From an uncultured bacterium (GTDB lineage Bacteria; Planctomycetota; UBA1135; UBA2386): a stretch of 64,000 nt of DNA. The translations under genes were made by a program, and so were the position numbers. The stretch lies in the NCBI GenBank assembly GCA_937906475.1, contig CALCZA010000113.1, forward strand, positions 12,980 through 76,979. The letters are read 5' to 3'. Below the pieces are notes generated by a model. That model saw nothing but the letters and a program-made list of their open reading frames with translations, did not search any database and was not told the DNA's origin. Shown here piece after piece: positions 9,095-18,705 of the stretch; position 1 is the first letter of the stretch; every line of letters starts with the position of its first letter.

Positions 9095-11995
9095 GTGCAC
9101 TGTATGACCCTCCAAGAGGGCCACCCCGCAATGTACTCCAACAAGGTCGTCGACTTCGGCACGCCAGTAAAGCGTTCCGATAACACCGTCACCGTTCACA
9201 TCGACGGCAAGCCCGTCTGTGTGCCGGAAGGCACTTCCGTGATGCGCGCCGCCGTCGAGGCTGGCGTGCAGGTCCCCAAGCTGTGCGCGACCGATTCGCT
9301 CGAGTCGTTTGGTAGCTGCCGGCTGTGTCTGGTCGAGATCGACGGCCGCCGCGGTACGCCCGCTTCGTGCACGACGCCGTGCGACGATGGCATGCAGGTG
9401 ACGACGCAGTCGAAGAAGCTCGCCAAGCTGCGACGCGGCGTGATGGAACTCTACATCTCCGACCACCCGCTCGATTGTCTGACTTGCCCCGCCAACGGTA
9501 ACTGCGAACTGCAGGACATGGCCGGTGCGGTTGGCCTGCGCGATGTGCGCTACGGCTACGAAGGTGAGAACCACCTCGTGCAGGAGAAGGACGAGTCGAA
9601 CCCGTATTTCACCTTCGACCCGACCAAGTGCATCGTCTGTTCACGGTGCGTGCGCGCTTGCGAAGAAACGCAGGGCACGTTCGCACTGACCGTCGAAGGT
9701 CGCGGCTTTGATTCGAAGATCGCTGCCGGCCCGACCAACTTCTTTGATTCCGAATGCGTGTCGTGCGGTGCCTGCGTGCAAGCGTGCCCGACATCGACGC
9801 TGATGGAGAAGTCGATCGTCGATGAAGGCCAACCCGACCACGCGGTCACGACCACCTGCGCCTACTGCGGTGTCGGTTGCTCGTTCCGCGCCGAGATGCA
9901 AGGCAGCGAAGTCGTTCGCATGGTGCCGCACAAGGACGGTAAGGCGAACCACGGTCACAGTTGCGTCAAGGGTCGCTTCGCGTGGGGGTATGCAACGCAC
10001 CCCGATCGCGTCAAGCAGCCGATGATCCGCAAGAAGATCACCGACCCTTGGCGCGAAGTGTCGTGGGAAGAAGCCTTCGAATACGCGGCGTCCGAGATCA
10101 AGCGCATCCAAGCCAAGTATGGTCAGGCGTCGACCGGTGGCATCACCAGTTCGCGCTGCACCAACGAAGAGACGTTCCTGCTGCAGAAACTGGTTCGCGC
10201 CGGCTTCGGCAACAACAATGTCGATACCTGCGCGCGCGTCTGCCACTCGCCAACCGGCTACGGCCTCAAGACAACGCTCGGCGAATCGGCCGGCACGCAA
10301 GACTTTGACAGTGTCGACTTCACTGATTGCGTGATCGTGCTCGGTGCCAACCCGACCGATGGCCACCCGGTGTTCGCCTCGCGCTTGAAGAAGCGTCTGC
10401 GCGAAGGCGCGACGCTGATCGTCATCGACCCGCGCCAGATCGACCTAGTGCGCACGCCGCACGTCGAAGCCAGCTTCCACTTGCAGTTGCGTCCGGGCTC
10501 CAACGTCGCCGTGATGAACGCGCTTGCGCACGTTGTCGTGACCGAAGGCTTGGAGTCTAAGGGCTACATCGCCGAACGCTGCGACATGGAGGACTACGGC
10601 AAGTGGAAGGCGTTCATCAGTGAAGAACGCAATTCGCCGGAAGCGCTCGAAGAGCACACCGGTGTGCCCGCAGATCAGATCCGTGGTGCCGCGCGCTTGT
10701 TCGCCAAGGCGCCTAACGGCGCGCTCTACTACGGCCTCGGCGTCACTGAGCACAGTCAAGGTTCGACTGGCGTCATGACGATCGCAAACCTCGCGATGCT
10801 GACCGGCAACATCGGTCGCCCCGGCGTCGGCGTGAACCCGCTGCGCGGTCAAAACAACGTGCAAGGCGCGTGTGACATGGGGTCGTTCCCGCACGAACTA
10901 CCTGGTTACCGCCACGTCTCCGATCCCGCCGTGCGCGAACTGTTCGGCAAGGAGTGGGGCGTCGATATCCAGCCCGAGCCGGGCCTGCGTATCCCGAACA
11001 TGTTCGACGCCGCCGTCGACGGGTCGTTCAAGGCGCTCTACGTGCAAGGCGAAGACATCGCGCAGTCCGACCCCGACACGCAGCACGTGCAGAAGGCGCT
11101 CGAATCGCTCGAGTGTCTGATCGTTCAAGACATCTTCATGAACGAGACGGCGAAGTACGCCCACGTGATCTTCCCTGGCAGTTCGTTCCTCGAGAAGGAC
11201 GGCACGTTTACCAACGCCGAGCGTCGCATTAGCAGAGTTCGCAAGGTCATGCCGCCGCTACCTGGTCTCGCCGACTGGGAAGTCACCGTTCGCTTCGCGG
11301 AAGCGCTCGGCTACCGCATGAACTACTCGCACCCGAGCGAGATCATGGATGAGATCGCGCGCCTGACGCCGACCTTCACCGGGGTCAGCTACACCAAGCT
11401 CGACAAACTCGGCAGCATCCAGTGGCCGTGCAACGAAGCCGCGCCGGAAGGCACGCCCTACATGCACGAGAACGAGTTCGTGCGCGGCAAGGGCAAGTTC
11501 GTGCTGACCGAGTTCCAAGCAACGCCCGAACGCACGACGCGCAAGTTCCCGCTGATCCTGACAACCGGCCGCATCCTTAGCCAATACAACGTCGGCGCGC
11601 AGACGCGCCGCACGCAAAACCAAGTCTGGCACGATGAGGACATCATCGAACTGCACCCGCACGACGCCGAGAACCGCGGCATCGAGCACGGCGACATGGT
11701 CTCGATGCAAAGCCGCAAGGGCGATACCACGATGCGCTGCATAGTCACCGATCGAATGCAGCCGGGCGTCGTCTTCACTACCTTCCACCACCCGGAGTCA
11801 GGCGCCAACGTTGTCACCACCGACAACTCCGACTGGGCGACCAACTGCCCCGAATACAAGGTCACGGCTGTCCAGATACGCAAGGTCGCGTCGGACAAGG
11901 GCGAGTGGCAGCAGCGCTTCGATGCATTCGCCCAGCAACAAGACCTATTAGCCCGCCAAGGCTTCGCCGAAGACTCCGAGCAAGGCAGCAAGTAA
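9095..11995 (+). CDS. fdsA: NAD-dependent formate dehydrogenase alpha (catalytic molybdopterin) subunit
   Basis: N-terminal 2Fe-2S (CATDSLESFGSCRLC). Ferredoxin-type clusters CIVCSRCVRACEE and CVSCGACVQACP. MopB cluster CAYCGVGC. The Mo-ligand region TCARVCHSPTGY has Cys, not Sec. The likely real start is the ATG at 9131 (MYSNKVVDFG...). Confidence 0.9.
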   Translation: MHCMTLQEGHPAMYSNKVVDFGTPVKRSDNTVTVHIDGKPVCVPEGTSVMRAAVEAGVQVPKLCATDSLESFGSCRLCLVEIDGRRGTPASCTTPCDDGMQVTTQSKKLAKLRRGVMELYISDHPLDCLTCPANGNCELQDMAGAVGLRDVRYGYEGENHLVQEKDESNPYFTFDPTKCIVCSRCVRACEETQGTFALTVEGRGFDSKIAAGPTNFFDSECVSCGACVQACPTSTLMEKSIVDEGQPDHAVTTTCAYCGVGCSFRAEMQGSEVVRMVPHKDGKANHGHSCVKGRFAWGYATHPDRVKQPMIRKKITDPWREVSWEEAFEYAASEIKRIQAKYGQASTGGITSSRCTNEETFLLQKLVRAGFGNNNVDTCARVCHSPTGYGLKTTLGESAGTQDFDSVDFTDCVIVLGANPTDGHPVFASRLKKRLREGATLIVIDPRQIDLVRTPHVEASFHLQLRPGSNVAVMNALAHVVVTEGLESKGYIAERCDMEDYGKWKAFISEERNSPEALEEHTGVPADQIRGAARLFAKAPNGALYYGLGVTEHSQGSTGVMTIANLAMLTGNIGRPGVGVNPLRGQNNVQGACDMGSFPHELPGYRHVSDPAVRELFGKEWGVDIQPEPGLRIPNMFDAAVDGSFKALYVQGEDIAQSDPDTQHVQKALESLECLIVQDIFMNETAKYAHVIFPGSSFLEKDGTFTNAERRISRVRKVMPPLPGLADWEVTVRFAEALGYRMNYSHPSEIMDEIARLTPTFTGVSYTKLDKLGSIQWPCNEAAPEGTPYMHENEFVRGKGKFVLTEFQATPERTTRKFPLILTTGRILSQYNVGAQTRRTQNQVWHDEDIIELHPHDAENRGIEHGDMVSMQSRKGDTTMRCIVTDRMQPGVVFTTFHHPESGANVVTTDNSDWATNCPEYKVTAVQIRKVASDKGEWQQRFDAFAQQQDLLARQGFAEDSEQGSK

Positions 11996-11997
11996 CC

Positions 11998-12234
11998 ATG
12001 GAAGCCGCAAAGCTCGTCGGCATGGCGAACCAGATCGCCTCGTTCTTCGCCACCGAACCCGATCGCCCAATCGCCGTCGCCGGCACCGCCAATCACATCC
12101 AGAAGTTCTGGGAACCGCGCATGCGCAAGGCGCTGCTCCAGGCGTTTGATGCGGGCGGTGACCACGGCCTGCATGAGTTGGTCGTCGCTGCGATCACTGA
12201 GCATCGCGCCGGTCTCGAACCGATCACTGCATGA
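11998..12234 (+). CDS. fdsD: Formate dehydrogenase delta subunit
   Basis: ATG at 11998, 2 nt after the fdsA stop. The 78-aa product MEAAKLVGMANQIASFFATEP...IQKFWEPRMRK resembles FdsD. The listed ORF start at 11905 overlaps fdsA and is unlikely. Confidence 0.7.
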   Translation: MEAAKLVGMANQIASFFATEPDRPIAVAGTANHIQKFWEPRMRKALLQAFDAGGDHGLHELVVAAITEHRAGLEPITA

Positions 12235-12309
12235 GTGACGAGTTGCGTCGCGTCGGCCGATAGGTGGCCGGAGTCGCGCCGAGTCTGCTGGTTTCCGCGT
12301 CGCTGCCGT

Positions 12310-12993
12310 CTAGTTCGCAGCGATTGCGTCGAGTGTCTTCTGCCAGTCCGACAGGGCGCTCTGACCGTTCGGAGACAACTCGTAGTGACCTTGGCTGACG
12401 CGGTCGAACCAACCGTAGTGGTTGTCTTGCAGGATGCCTGCGGCGCGTTCTACCGCAGTTCTCGCGCGTAGGTCGCTCAACTTGAGCACGCCGGCGCTAG
12501 CCAGTTCTCGCGCGCATCGAAGTGCATCTTGGCGATAGGCCGTGACACGCTGCTTGGTGGCGGAGCCGCCCTGCTCGGGATCGCCGATACGTTCGCCAAA
12601 CTCTTTGAGCAGGCGAGCGCGGCGGGTCGCGTTGGACCTCGGTCGATACGGAGCCGGGTCGAGCACAGCCGTAACCTTGTTGCGGGCCGAAACGGTCAGC
12701 AGGCCAAGGCCGAGTCTTCGCAGCAGGCTGGTAACCTGCTTGCTGCGCGAACGGAACGACGCGCTTTGGCCCTTGCCGACTCGAAAGGCGATGTAGACCG
12801 TGCTCGATGCGGATAGGCGATCGACTGCCTGCAAGATGAGCGCCAGGTTGAGCTGCGACTTCAGTTCTACGATCACTGGGCCCTCGTCATTGCGAACCGC
12901 GACGATGTCGCACTCGCCAATCTCTCCCTTGACGGCGTAACCCTGCTTCTCGAGGAACCGTTTGATGGGGGCGTAGAGGTCGACTTCAGCCAT
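12310..12993 (-). CDS. DUF2161-like protein: N-terminal PD-(D/E)xK nuclease-like fold plus C-terminal winged-helix-like region
   Basis: The internal Met at 12993 gives MAEVDLYAPIKRFLEKQGYAVKGEIGECDIVAVRNDEGPVIVELKSQLN. This contains a D...ExK restriction-endonuclease-like motif. The upstream 126 aa of the listed ORF are Arg/Ser-rich junk. Confidence 0.55.
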   Translation of the reverse strand: MAEVDLYAPIKRFLEKQGYAVKGEIGECDIVAVRNDEGPVIVELKSQLNLALILQAVDRLSASSTVYIAFRVGKGQSASFRSRSKQVTSLLRRLGLGLLTVSARNKVTAVLDPAPYRPRSNATRRARLLKEFGERIGDPEQGGSATKQRVTAYRQDALRCARELASAGVLKLSDLRARTAVERAAGILQDNHYGWFDRVSQGHYELSPNGQSALSDWQKTLDAIAAN

Positions 12994-13172
12994 GGCGTGG
13001 CGGTGCATTCTAGCAGTGGGGCAGCCTCGATTCTTGTTAGCGGTTATCTGATCGTGGCCGGCCGAGTGGCATTGCCGCTCGGCTGGATGCGCGGCCAGTT
13101 GTCCCACCTCGACTTCGCCGGTGAAGTGCGATTGATACGGTTTCGGCGATAGCTGCACGGCCGGGCGAGTGC

Positions 13173-13661
13173 TTGAATAGCGGCGAGATGACCGACACGA
13201 CTGAATTGGATTATGACGACGACGCGACCTTCGACGCTTGGTGCTCGGAACTGCGCACCGAGATCGAGGTTTACCTGAGTAGCGAAGGCTACGAGCACGG
13301 CCAGATCTTCGATTGGCCGGCCTGGAATGTCGCGCCGCACGTTGCGATGTGGGCCATCGAGAGTGCGACACAGCCCGGCTATGTGGGCGCGTGGGTGCTG
13401 TGCGGCAACTTGCCGATGGACTACATCGAGGGCGACAGCCTCGGGACCCCGCGCCAAGCGATGGCTGCCATCGCCGCTCGCTGGCAGGAACTCATCGACA
13501 ACATGAAGTTGGGCAAGCCGACCGAAGGCGTGGTGATCGAGACGGGCACAGAGCCTGAGCAGATGATTGCGATGATGGAGAGCCGCGTCGGCGTGTTGCG
13601 TCAGTTGGTCGAAGACGCGGATGCCTGGATTGCAGACCCAGCCGGCGACGAGAACGAGTGA
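13173..13661 (+). CDS. Acidic cytoplasmic protein, DUF4826-like
   Basis: 162 aa. The segment VAMWAIESATQPGYVGAWVLCGNLPMDYI recalls the DUF4826 core. An alternative start is at 13188. The family call is from memory only. Confidence 0.5.
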   Translation: MNSGEMTDTTELDYDDDATFDAWCSELRTEIEVYLSSEGYEHGQIFDWPAWNVAPHVAMWAIESATQPGYVGAWVLCGNLPMDYIEGDSLGTPRQAMAAIAARWQELIDNMKLGKPTEGVVIETGTEPEQMIAMMESRVGVLRQLVEDADAWIADPAGDENE

Positions 13662-13683
13662 CCGCCGAGCGGTCGCGCGTTCT

Positions 13684-14454
13684 CTAGAGGCGCCACGGCG
13701 ACTGGTCGTTCGCGCGTTCCGCCTGTTGGCCACTTTTTAGCCGCGTGCCGAGTTCGCGCAGCGAGGCGTCGCGTTCGATCAACTCGCTGACCGCAAGCAC
13801 GCTCGGTTGATCGGTGGCGCCGCCGTGTTCGCCGCCACACAAGAACTGCCAGTCGCCGTCGGCGTCGCGTACGGCGTAGAGCACGGTCTCGCCTTGTGCT
13901 ACATGCCCGCAAACGAACGCCCGCAGGTTGGGTGTGTCGAGCGTGTTGTCACTTTGGTGCCCGGCCATACTGTGGTTCCACAGGTGCACCTGGTGCTGGT
14001 CGACGCCGGCGAGGCACTGTCTGGTGAATGCGTTATCCGCGATTGCGGCGATTGCGATGTTCGGCCGCGTAGTCGGGTTGGTTAGCTGGATGTGTGCTTC
14101 AAGGCCGAGCGTTTCGTAGCCGGGAATCGAGTTGGCGATGGTTGCGGCAAGCGGCGCTTCGTTCGTTTGCTCGTCGTCGTTCCACAGTTCTAGGATGCGT
14201 GCGAACGCCGCTTCCTCGACTTCGCCCCAGAGCCCCCAACTGATGCCGTTCGCCATACCCTGGACCTGGACCGGTAGCACGCAGCGCACGAACATGCGAG
14301 CCGGTTCGGTCGGTAGGTCGATGCGGCACAGGTCGTCGTCGGCGCGCGCATGTGCTTCGCGCTGATCCTCTGCGAGCGCCACGAAGGCATCGGGGCGGCG
14401 GAACATCGGGTCCAGCATTTCATGTTCGTCACCACACTGCTCACAAGTCGGCAT
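13684..14454 (-). CDS. Fusion of a DUF2199-like N-terminal domain and a DUF2185 (Imm33-like) C-terminal domain
   Basis: A start at 14454 gives MPTCEQCGDEHEMLDPMFRRPDAF (DUF2199-like opening). The C-terminus DADGDWQFLCGGEHGG...VLAVSELIERDASLREL resembles DUF2185. Confidence 0.55.
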   Translation of the reverse strand: MPTCEQCGDEHEMLDPMFRRPDAFVALAEDQREAHARADDDLCRIDLPTEPARMFVRCVLPVQVQGMANGISWGLWGEVEEAAFARILELWNDDEQTNEAPLAATIANSIPGYETLGLEAHIQLTNPTTRPNIAIAAIADNAFTRQCLAGVDQHQVHLWNHSMAGHQSDNTLDTPNLRAFVCGHVAQGETVLYAVRDADGDWQFLCGGEHGGATDQPSVLAVSELIERDASLRELGTRLKSGQQAERANDQSPWRL

Positions 14455-14553
14455 GGCGGCATGGTAGCTCGGTGATCGGGCGCGTTCGAACAGCGATTCG
14501 AGCCCCTGCATTGCGTAAGTTGAATGCGTCCATGGTGAGCGCATGTGGCGAGT

Positions 14554-14859
14554 TCATGGGGTCAAGGCGGCGACGGTGTCATCGCGGCCAGCGAAGCACG
14601 TCAGGATCAGTGGCGTTTGGTCGCCGGGCTTGTTCGGCAGCACCAACAGTTCGCCGCTGGGCAGGAAGTAGGGCGATCCCATCAACTTCTCCGCCGATGT
14701 GACCATGATGATTTTACCGGTCTGCTGATCAGAGTCGTGCTGAGCCAGGGCCAGTTTTCCGTCGATCCAGTTTGGCAAGACGGCCTCTTTGTTGCCTGGG
14801 TTTCCGGCCGGTCGGTAGGCGCCGGCCGCCATCAATGATGGCGGCCTTGGCGAGGGCAA
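14554..14859 (-). CDS. Hypothetical small protein
   Basis: A 101-aa ORF with high GC3 in the translated frame (for example CTG ACG TGC TTC GCT GGC CGC). I recognise no family and the start is uncertain. Confidence 0.35.
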   Translation of the reverse strand: MPSPRPPSLMAAGAYRPAGNPGNKEAVLPNWIDGKLALAQHDSDQQTGKIIMVTSAEKLMGSPYFLPSGELLVLPNKPGDQTPLILTCFAGRDDTVAALTP

Positions 14860-15521
14860 TGAGGCAGCGGTGGGCCGTTGCGGGTATGGCGATTTCCGGC
14901 GTCATGTGGTTGAGGCGCGGTGCTTTGGGGCGGTCAAGCGGTCGTTGGACTCACGTTTTTCGGTATCGACGATGTGTCGTAGGTGCATTTATTGTAATGG
15001 TTAATGGCGTAATTCGAACGCGTTTCCACGCGCCATGCAGCAGCGCTCCGGGGCTCGCTTGGCCCCCGAACGACCCGGTTCCGCGGGCTCGGCGCAGAGC
15101 GATCGAGATCGATTGCTGGAAAGTGTGGCCGGGCGAACTCTTCCCCTCTGGATCCGCTGCCAGGTCGTGCCACGTGGAGGATGGCAGTCCGGCCTTTTCG
15201 CCGTGGTTGCGCCACGCCCCGTGACCGCAGATGGTTGGCGCACCCAAAGCGGCTTCACGGCTTAGCCTTGTGGGCGCTGGCTTCCACGCGTCCGGGGAGT
15301 TCGCCCGCTGGCATCCGGCCCCTTTGTGACCTATCCTACTTAGCCAAGCGCTTATCCGTCCACCGGGGGCGGAAGTCGCGATGGCAACCGGGCCACGGAC
15401 TACGGCCAACGGCCGTGCTCCGCCGATGTAAATAGGGCTCCTCCGATCTCCTCGGAGGCGTGATCTCCTAGGAGGCCGACTACCCCGGTCCGATGGGTTT
15501 GGTTGGCGGCAAGAGAAGCAG

Positions 15522-17867
15522 ATGACAGATAAAGAACCGAAGGAACCTCAAGAGGGCGAAGGCCCCCCGAAGAAGCCACGCGGCATGGGTGGGGTCATCC
15601 TCATCCTCGCCCTCTTGATGGCGCTATTCGTGGTCGTGTCGAGTTCGGGCCGCGATGGCCAGAACTCGGTGCACGCGTTCTATAGCCACTTGCTCAACAG
15701 TCGGTTGTCTGGCGTCACGATGTCTGGCGGTTCGGTCAGTGGCCACGTCAAGGAACAGGGCGATCGGCAGATCGAAGTCGTGCTGCGAGACTTTCTCGAG
15801 TTTGGCGGCATCGACTACGACCTATTGAGCACGTTGTCGGTTACCAGTCTCGACAAGGCGCTGTATCCCGATTCGTCTGTCGCGACGGGTCGATTCCTCG
15901 ACGACGTTCGCGAGAACCGCGTGCGTGTTTGGCAGGCGTTCTTCGTCAACGAAGTCCCTTCCAAGGTGGCCGCCGCGACGCCGGAAGATGACGGAGTTCG
16001 CAAGCCTGGCGCCTACATGACGGCGTTGTTGCAGCGTGGTTCGTCACAGCACTACGTGCGTATCGATAGCCCGACGAGCGCTGGTTCGCCGACGTTGCAA
16101 GACGTTTGCGCTGAGTTGGATCTACTCGGTGTGCCGTTGCAATCGCGCACGCTGTCGCTCGGCGACTCGGACTTCCGGGTCAGCGAGCCGAACACCGCGC
16201 TGATCTACGTTCTCGGCACGATTGGCCCGTGGTTGCTAGTGCTGGCGATCGTTTGGTTCTTCATTATTCGTCAAATGCGCGCGCCTGGTGGGCCCGGTGG
16301 CGTGTTGAACTTTGGCCGTAGCCGCGCGTCGCTCTACACCAAGGAAAGCCGCACCAACGTGACGTTTGATGACGTTGCGGGCATGGAAGAGGCCAAGGCC
16401 GAAGTCCGCGAGATCATCGAGTTCCTCAAGAACCCGGGTAAGTTCGCGCGTCTCGGTGGCTCGATCCCACGCGGTGTGTTGCTGGTTGGTTCGCCGGGCA
16501 CGGGCAAGACCTTGCTCGCGAAGGCCATTGCCGGTGAAGCCGAGGTGCCGTTCTTCTCGATTAGCGGCAGTGACTTTGTTGAGATGTTCGTTGGCGTTGG
16601 CGCGAGCCGCGTGCGCGACTTGTTCAAGCAAGCCCGCGAAGCGAGCCCCTGCATCGTGTTCCTCGATGAGATTGACGCTGTCGGTCGCAAACGCGGCACT
16701 GGTATGGGCGGCGGTCACGATGAGCGCGAGCAAACGCTCAACGCGATCCTCGTCGAGATGGATGGTTTCGATTCCGACAAGGGCGTCATTCTCGTCGGTG
16801 CGACCAATCGTCCCGACGTGCTCGACCCGGCGCTGTTGCGTCCCGGTCGCTTTGACCGTCAGGTCGTCATCGATCGTCCGGACGTCAAGGGCCGCGAAGC
16901 GATCCTGACCGTGCACGCACGCAAGGTGAAGCTCGCTGGCTACGTTGACATGAAGCGCATCGCCAAGGCGACGGCTGGGTTCTCTGGTGCCGAACTGGCT
17001 GCGGTGGTCAACGAAGCCGCGATCCTCGCGGCGATGAAGGACAAGGACTCGGTCGAGATGTCCGATCTCGAAGAGGCGCGCGATCGCGTGCGCTGGGGCC
17101 GCGAGAAGAGAAGTCGCGCCATCGAGGAAGAGGACAAGAAGGTCACGGCGTACCACGAAGCTGGCCACACGATTGTTTCGATGATGACCCCGGATCAGGA
17201 TCCGGTGCACAAGGTCACTATCGTTAGTCGTGGTCGAGCCCTCGGCGCGACGATGTCGTTGCCTGAGAAGGACGACTACAACCATTGGCACAAGAAACTG
17301 CTTGGCCGCATTGCCGTTTGTTACGGCGGTCGCGTTGCTGAGCAGTTGGTCTTCGGAGACGTTTCCGCCGGCGCCCAGAACGACATCGAACAAGCGACCA
17401 ACCTGGCGCGCGTGATGGTGTGCGAGTTGGGTATGAGCGAGAAGGTTGGCCCGATCAAATACACGGCGGACGATGAGAATCCGTTCCTTGGCAAGGAGTT
17501 TCGGCTGTCGGGTGGTGTCTCGGAGCGCACGCTACAAGCGATCGATGACGAAGTGCGACGCATCGTTGACGAGCAATACGAAGCGGCGACTAAGTTGCTC
17601 ACGGAGAAGCGCGATACGCTCGACAAGTTGGCCGCTGCGCTGCTGAAATATGAGACGCTTAGCGGCGATGAGGCCGGCGCGATCTTGCGTGGCGATAACC
17701 TTGAGGAGTTCAAGGCGGCGCAAGAGCGTCACCGCGAATCGGTCGAGCGCGAAGTCGCGCGCAAAGTCGCCAAGTCGGCACCGAAGCCTGAGACTGATGC
17801 AGATGCTTCTGCCAGTAACGAATCCTCTTCCGACGAGAGCCCCGACGTGGGCTTGTCGGGAGCCTGA
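15522..17867 (+). CDS. ftsH: ATP-dependent zinc metalloprotease FtsH, with an enlarged periplasmic loop
   Basis: Walker [18 protein letters not shown], Walker [32 protein letters not shown] and zinc site HEAGHTIV. Two TMs flank a roughly 185-aa loop. Confidence 0.95.
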   Translation: MTDKEPKEPQEGEGPPKKPRGMGGVILILALLMALFVVVSSSGRDGQNSVHAFYSHLLNSRLSGVTMSGGSVSGHVKEQGDRQIEVVLRDFLEFGGIDYDLLSTLSVTSLDKALYPDSSVATGRFLDDVRENRVRVWQAFFVNEVPSKVAAATPEDDGVRKPGAYMTALLQRGSSQHYVRIDSPTSAGSPTLQDVCAELDLLGVPLQSRTLSLGDSDFRVSEPNTALIYVLGTIGPWLLVLAIVWFFIIRQMRAPGGPGGVLNFGRSRASLYTKESRTNVTFDDVAGMEEAKAEVREIIEFLKNPGKFARLGGSIPRGVLLVGSPGTGKTLLAKAIAGEAEVPFFSISGSDFVEMFVGVGASRVRDLFKQAREASPCIVFLDEIDAVGRKRGTGMGGGHDEREQTLNAILVEMDGFDSDKGVILVGATNRPDVLDPALLRPGRFDRQVVIDRPDVKGREAILTVHARKVKLAGYVDMKRIAKATAGFSGAELAAVVNEAAILAAMKDKDSVEMSDLEEARDRVRWGREKRSRAIEEEDKKVTAYHEAGHTIVSMMTPDQDPVHKVTIVSRGRALGATMSLPEKDDYNHWHKKLLGRIAVCYGGRVAEQLVFGDVSAGAQNDIEQATNLARVMVCELGMSEKVGPIKYTADDENPFLGKEFRLSGGVSERTLQAIDDEVRRIVDEQYEAATKLLTEKRDTLDKLAAALLKYETLSGDEAGAILRGDNLEEFKAAQERHRESVEREVARKVAKSAPKPETDADASASNESSSDESPDVGLSGA

Positions 17868-17889
17868 TCGAGAGGCCCGCTTTTAACCC

Positions 17890-18705
17890 ATGATTCCATC
17901 CTTGTTCGCGCAACAGAACCCAGCTGAGGGCAACTTCAGCGGACTGTTTGAAGCGGGCAAGATGATCATCGAAGTCGGGATCTTCGCGGTCTTCATCTAC
18001 GTCGTGCTGCGCTTCCTGCGCGCGACGCGCGGTTCGGGAGTCATTCGCGGACTGGCACTGGTGGTGACTACGTTTGTAGTCGCGTTCTTCATCCTGGCTG
18101 GGCCACTGCAATTGGACCGCTTGGAATGGTTGGTCGAACAGTTGGCGCCGTCCGTTGTGCTTGGCTTGGTGGTGGTGTTTCACCCCGAGATTCGACGCGC
18201 GATCGTGCACCTCGGTGATGCGCCGATCTTTGGTCGTTTCTTCCGACGTGATGCCAAGATCGTGCCGCGCCTGTTACGTGCAGTCGCGCGACTGAGCAAG
18301 GAGCGCATCGGTGCGTTGATCGCGATTGAACGTGAGGCATCGTTGTCCGAGTTGTCGGAGAACGGCATCACGATCGATGCCGAACTCAACTCGTACCTGA
18401 TCGAATCGATCTTCTTCCCCAAGAGCGCACTGCATGATGGCGGTGTGGTCGTGCAGGGTGACCGCATCGTCGCGGCGTCTTGCCTGTTCCCGCTCAGCCA
18501 GAATCCAGACATCGACAAGCGACTCGGCACGCGTCACCGCGCGGCGCTCGGATTGTCCGAGGAGACCGATGCGCTGATCATTGTTGTCAGCGAAGAGACT
18601 GGCAACATCTCGACGGCGAGCACCGGCAAGTTGAACCACGGTTTGTCCCTCGAGAAGCTCGAGGGCGAACTAGACGCAGTCTTTGGTCGGAGTAGCTCCT
18701 CATGA
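17890..18705 (+). CDS. cdaA: Membrane diadenylate cyclase (c-di-AMP synthase)
   Basis: Three N-terminal TMs plus a DAC domain: GALIAIERE, DGGVVVQGDRIVAASC and GTRHRAALGLSEETDALIIVVSEETGNIS. Confidence 0.9.
   Translation: MIPSLFAQQNPAEGNFSGLFEAGKMIIEVGIFAVFIYVVLRFLRATRGSGVIRGLALVVTTFVVAFFILAGPLQLDRLEWLVEQLAPSVVLGLVVVFHPEIRRAIVHLGDAPIFGRFFRRDAKIVPRLLRAVARLSKERIGALIAIEREASLSELSENGITIDAELNSYLIESIFFPKSALHDGGVVVQGDRIVAASCLFPLSQNPDIDKRLGTRHRAALGLSEETDALIIVVSEETGNISTASTGKLNHGLSLEKLEGELDAVFGRSSSS

Noticed and set aside
9095-11995. Selenocysteine (in-frame TGA) in the formate dehydrogenase catalytic subunit.
   Set aside because: The frame is uninterrupted, and the Mo-ligand position reads Cys in TCARVCHS. 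No recoding is needed.
15030-15470. RNase P RNA or tmRNA in the ORF-free region upstream of ftsH.
   Set aside because: Only a loose CR-I-like match was found (GAAAAGGCCGGACUGCCAU on the minus strand). There is no GGUAAGAGCGCACC-type block and no ACAGAAnCCGGCUUA block. There is no tRNA-like GGUUCGAAUCC...ACCA end or tag ORF for tmRNA. It is kept only as an unassigned candidate in findings.
16236-17393. 385-aa minus-strand ORF antisense to ftsH.
   Set aside because: It is a shadow ORF. The ftsH frame carries Walker A/B, SRH and HEAGH motifs, and the antisense product has no protein-like pattern.
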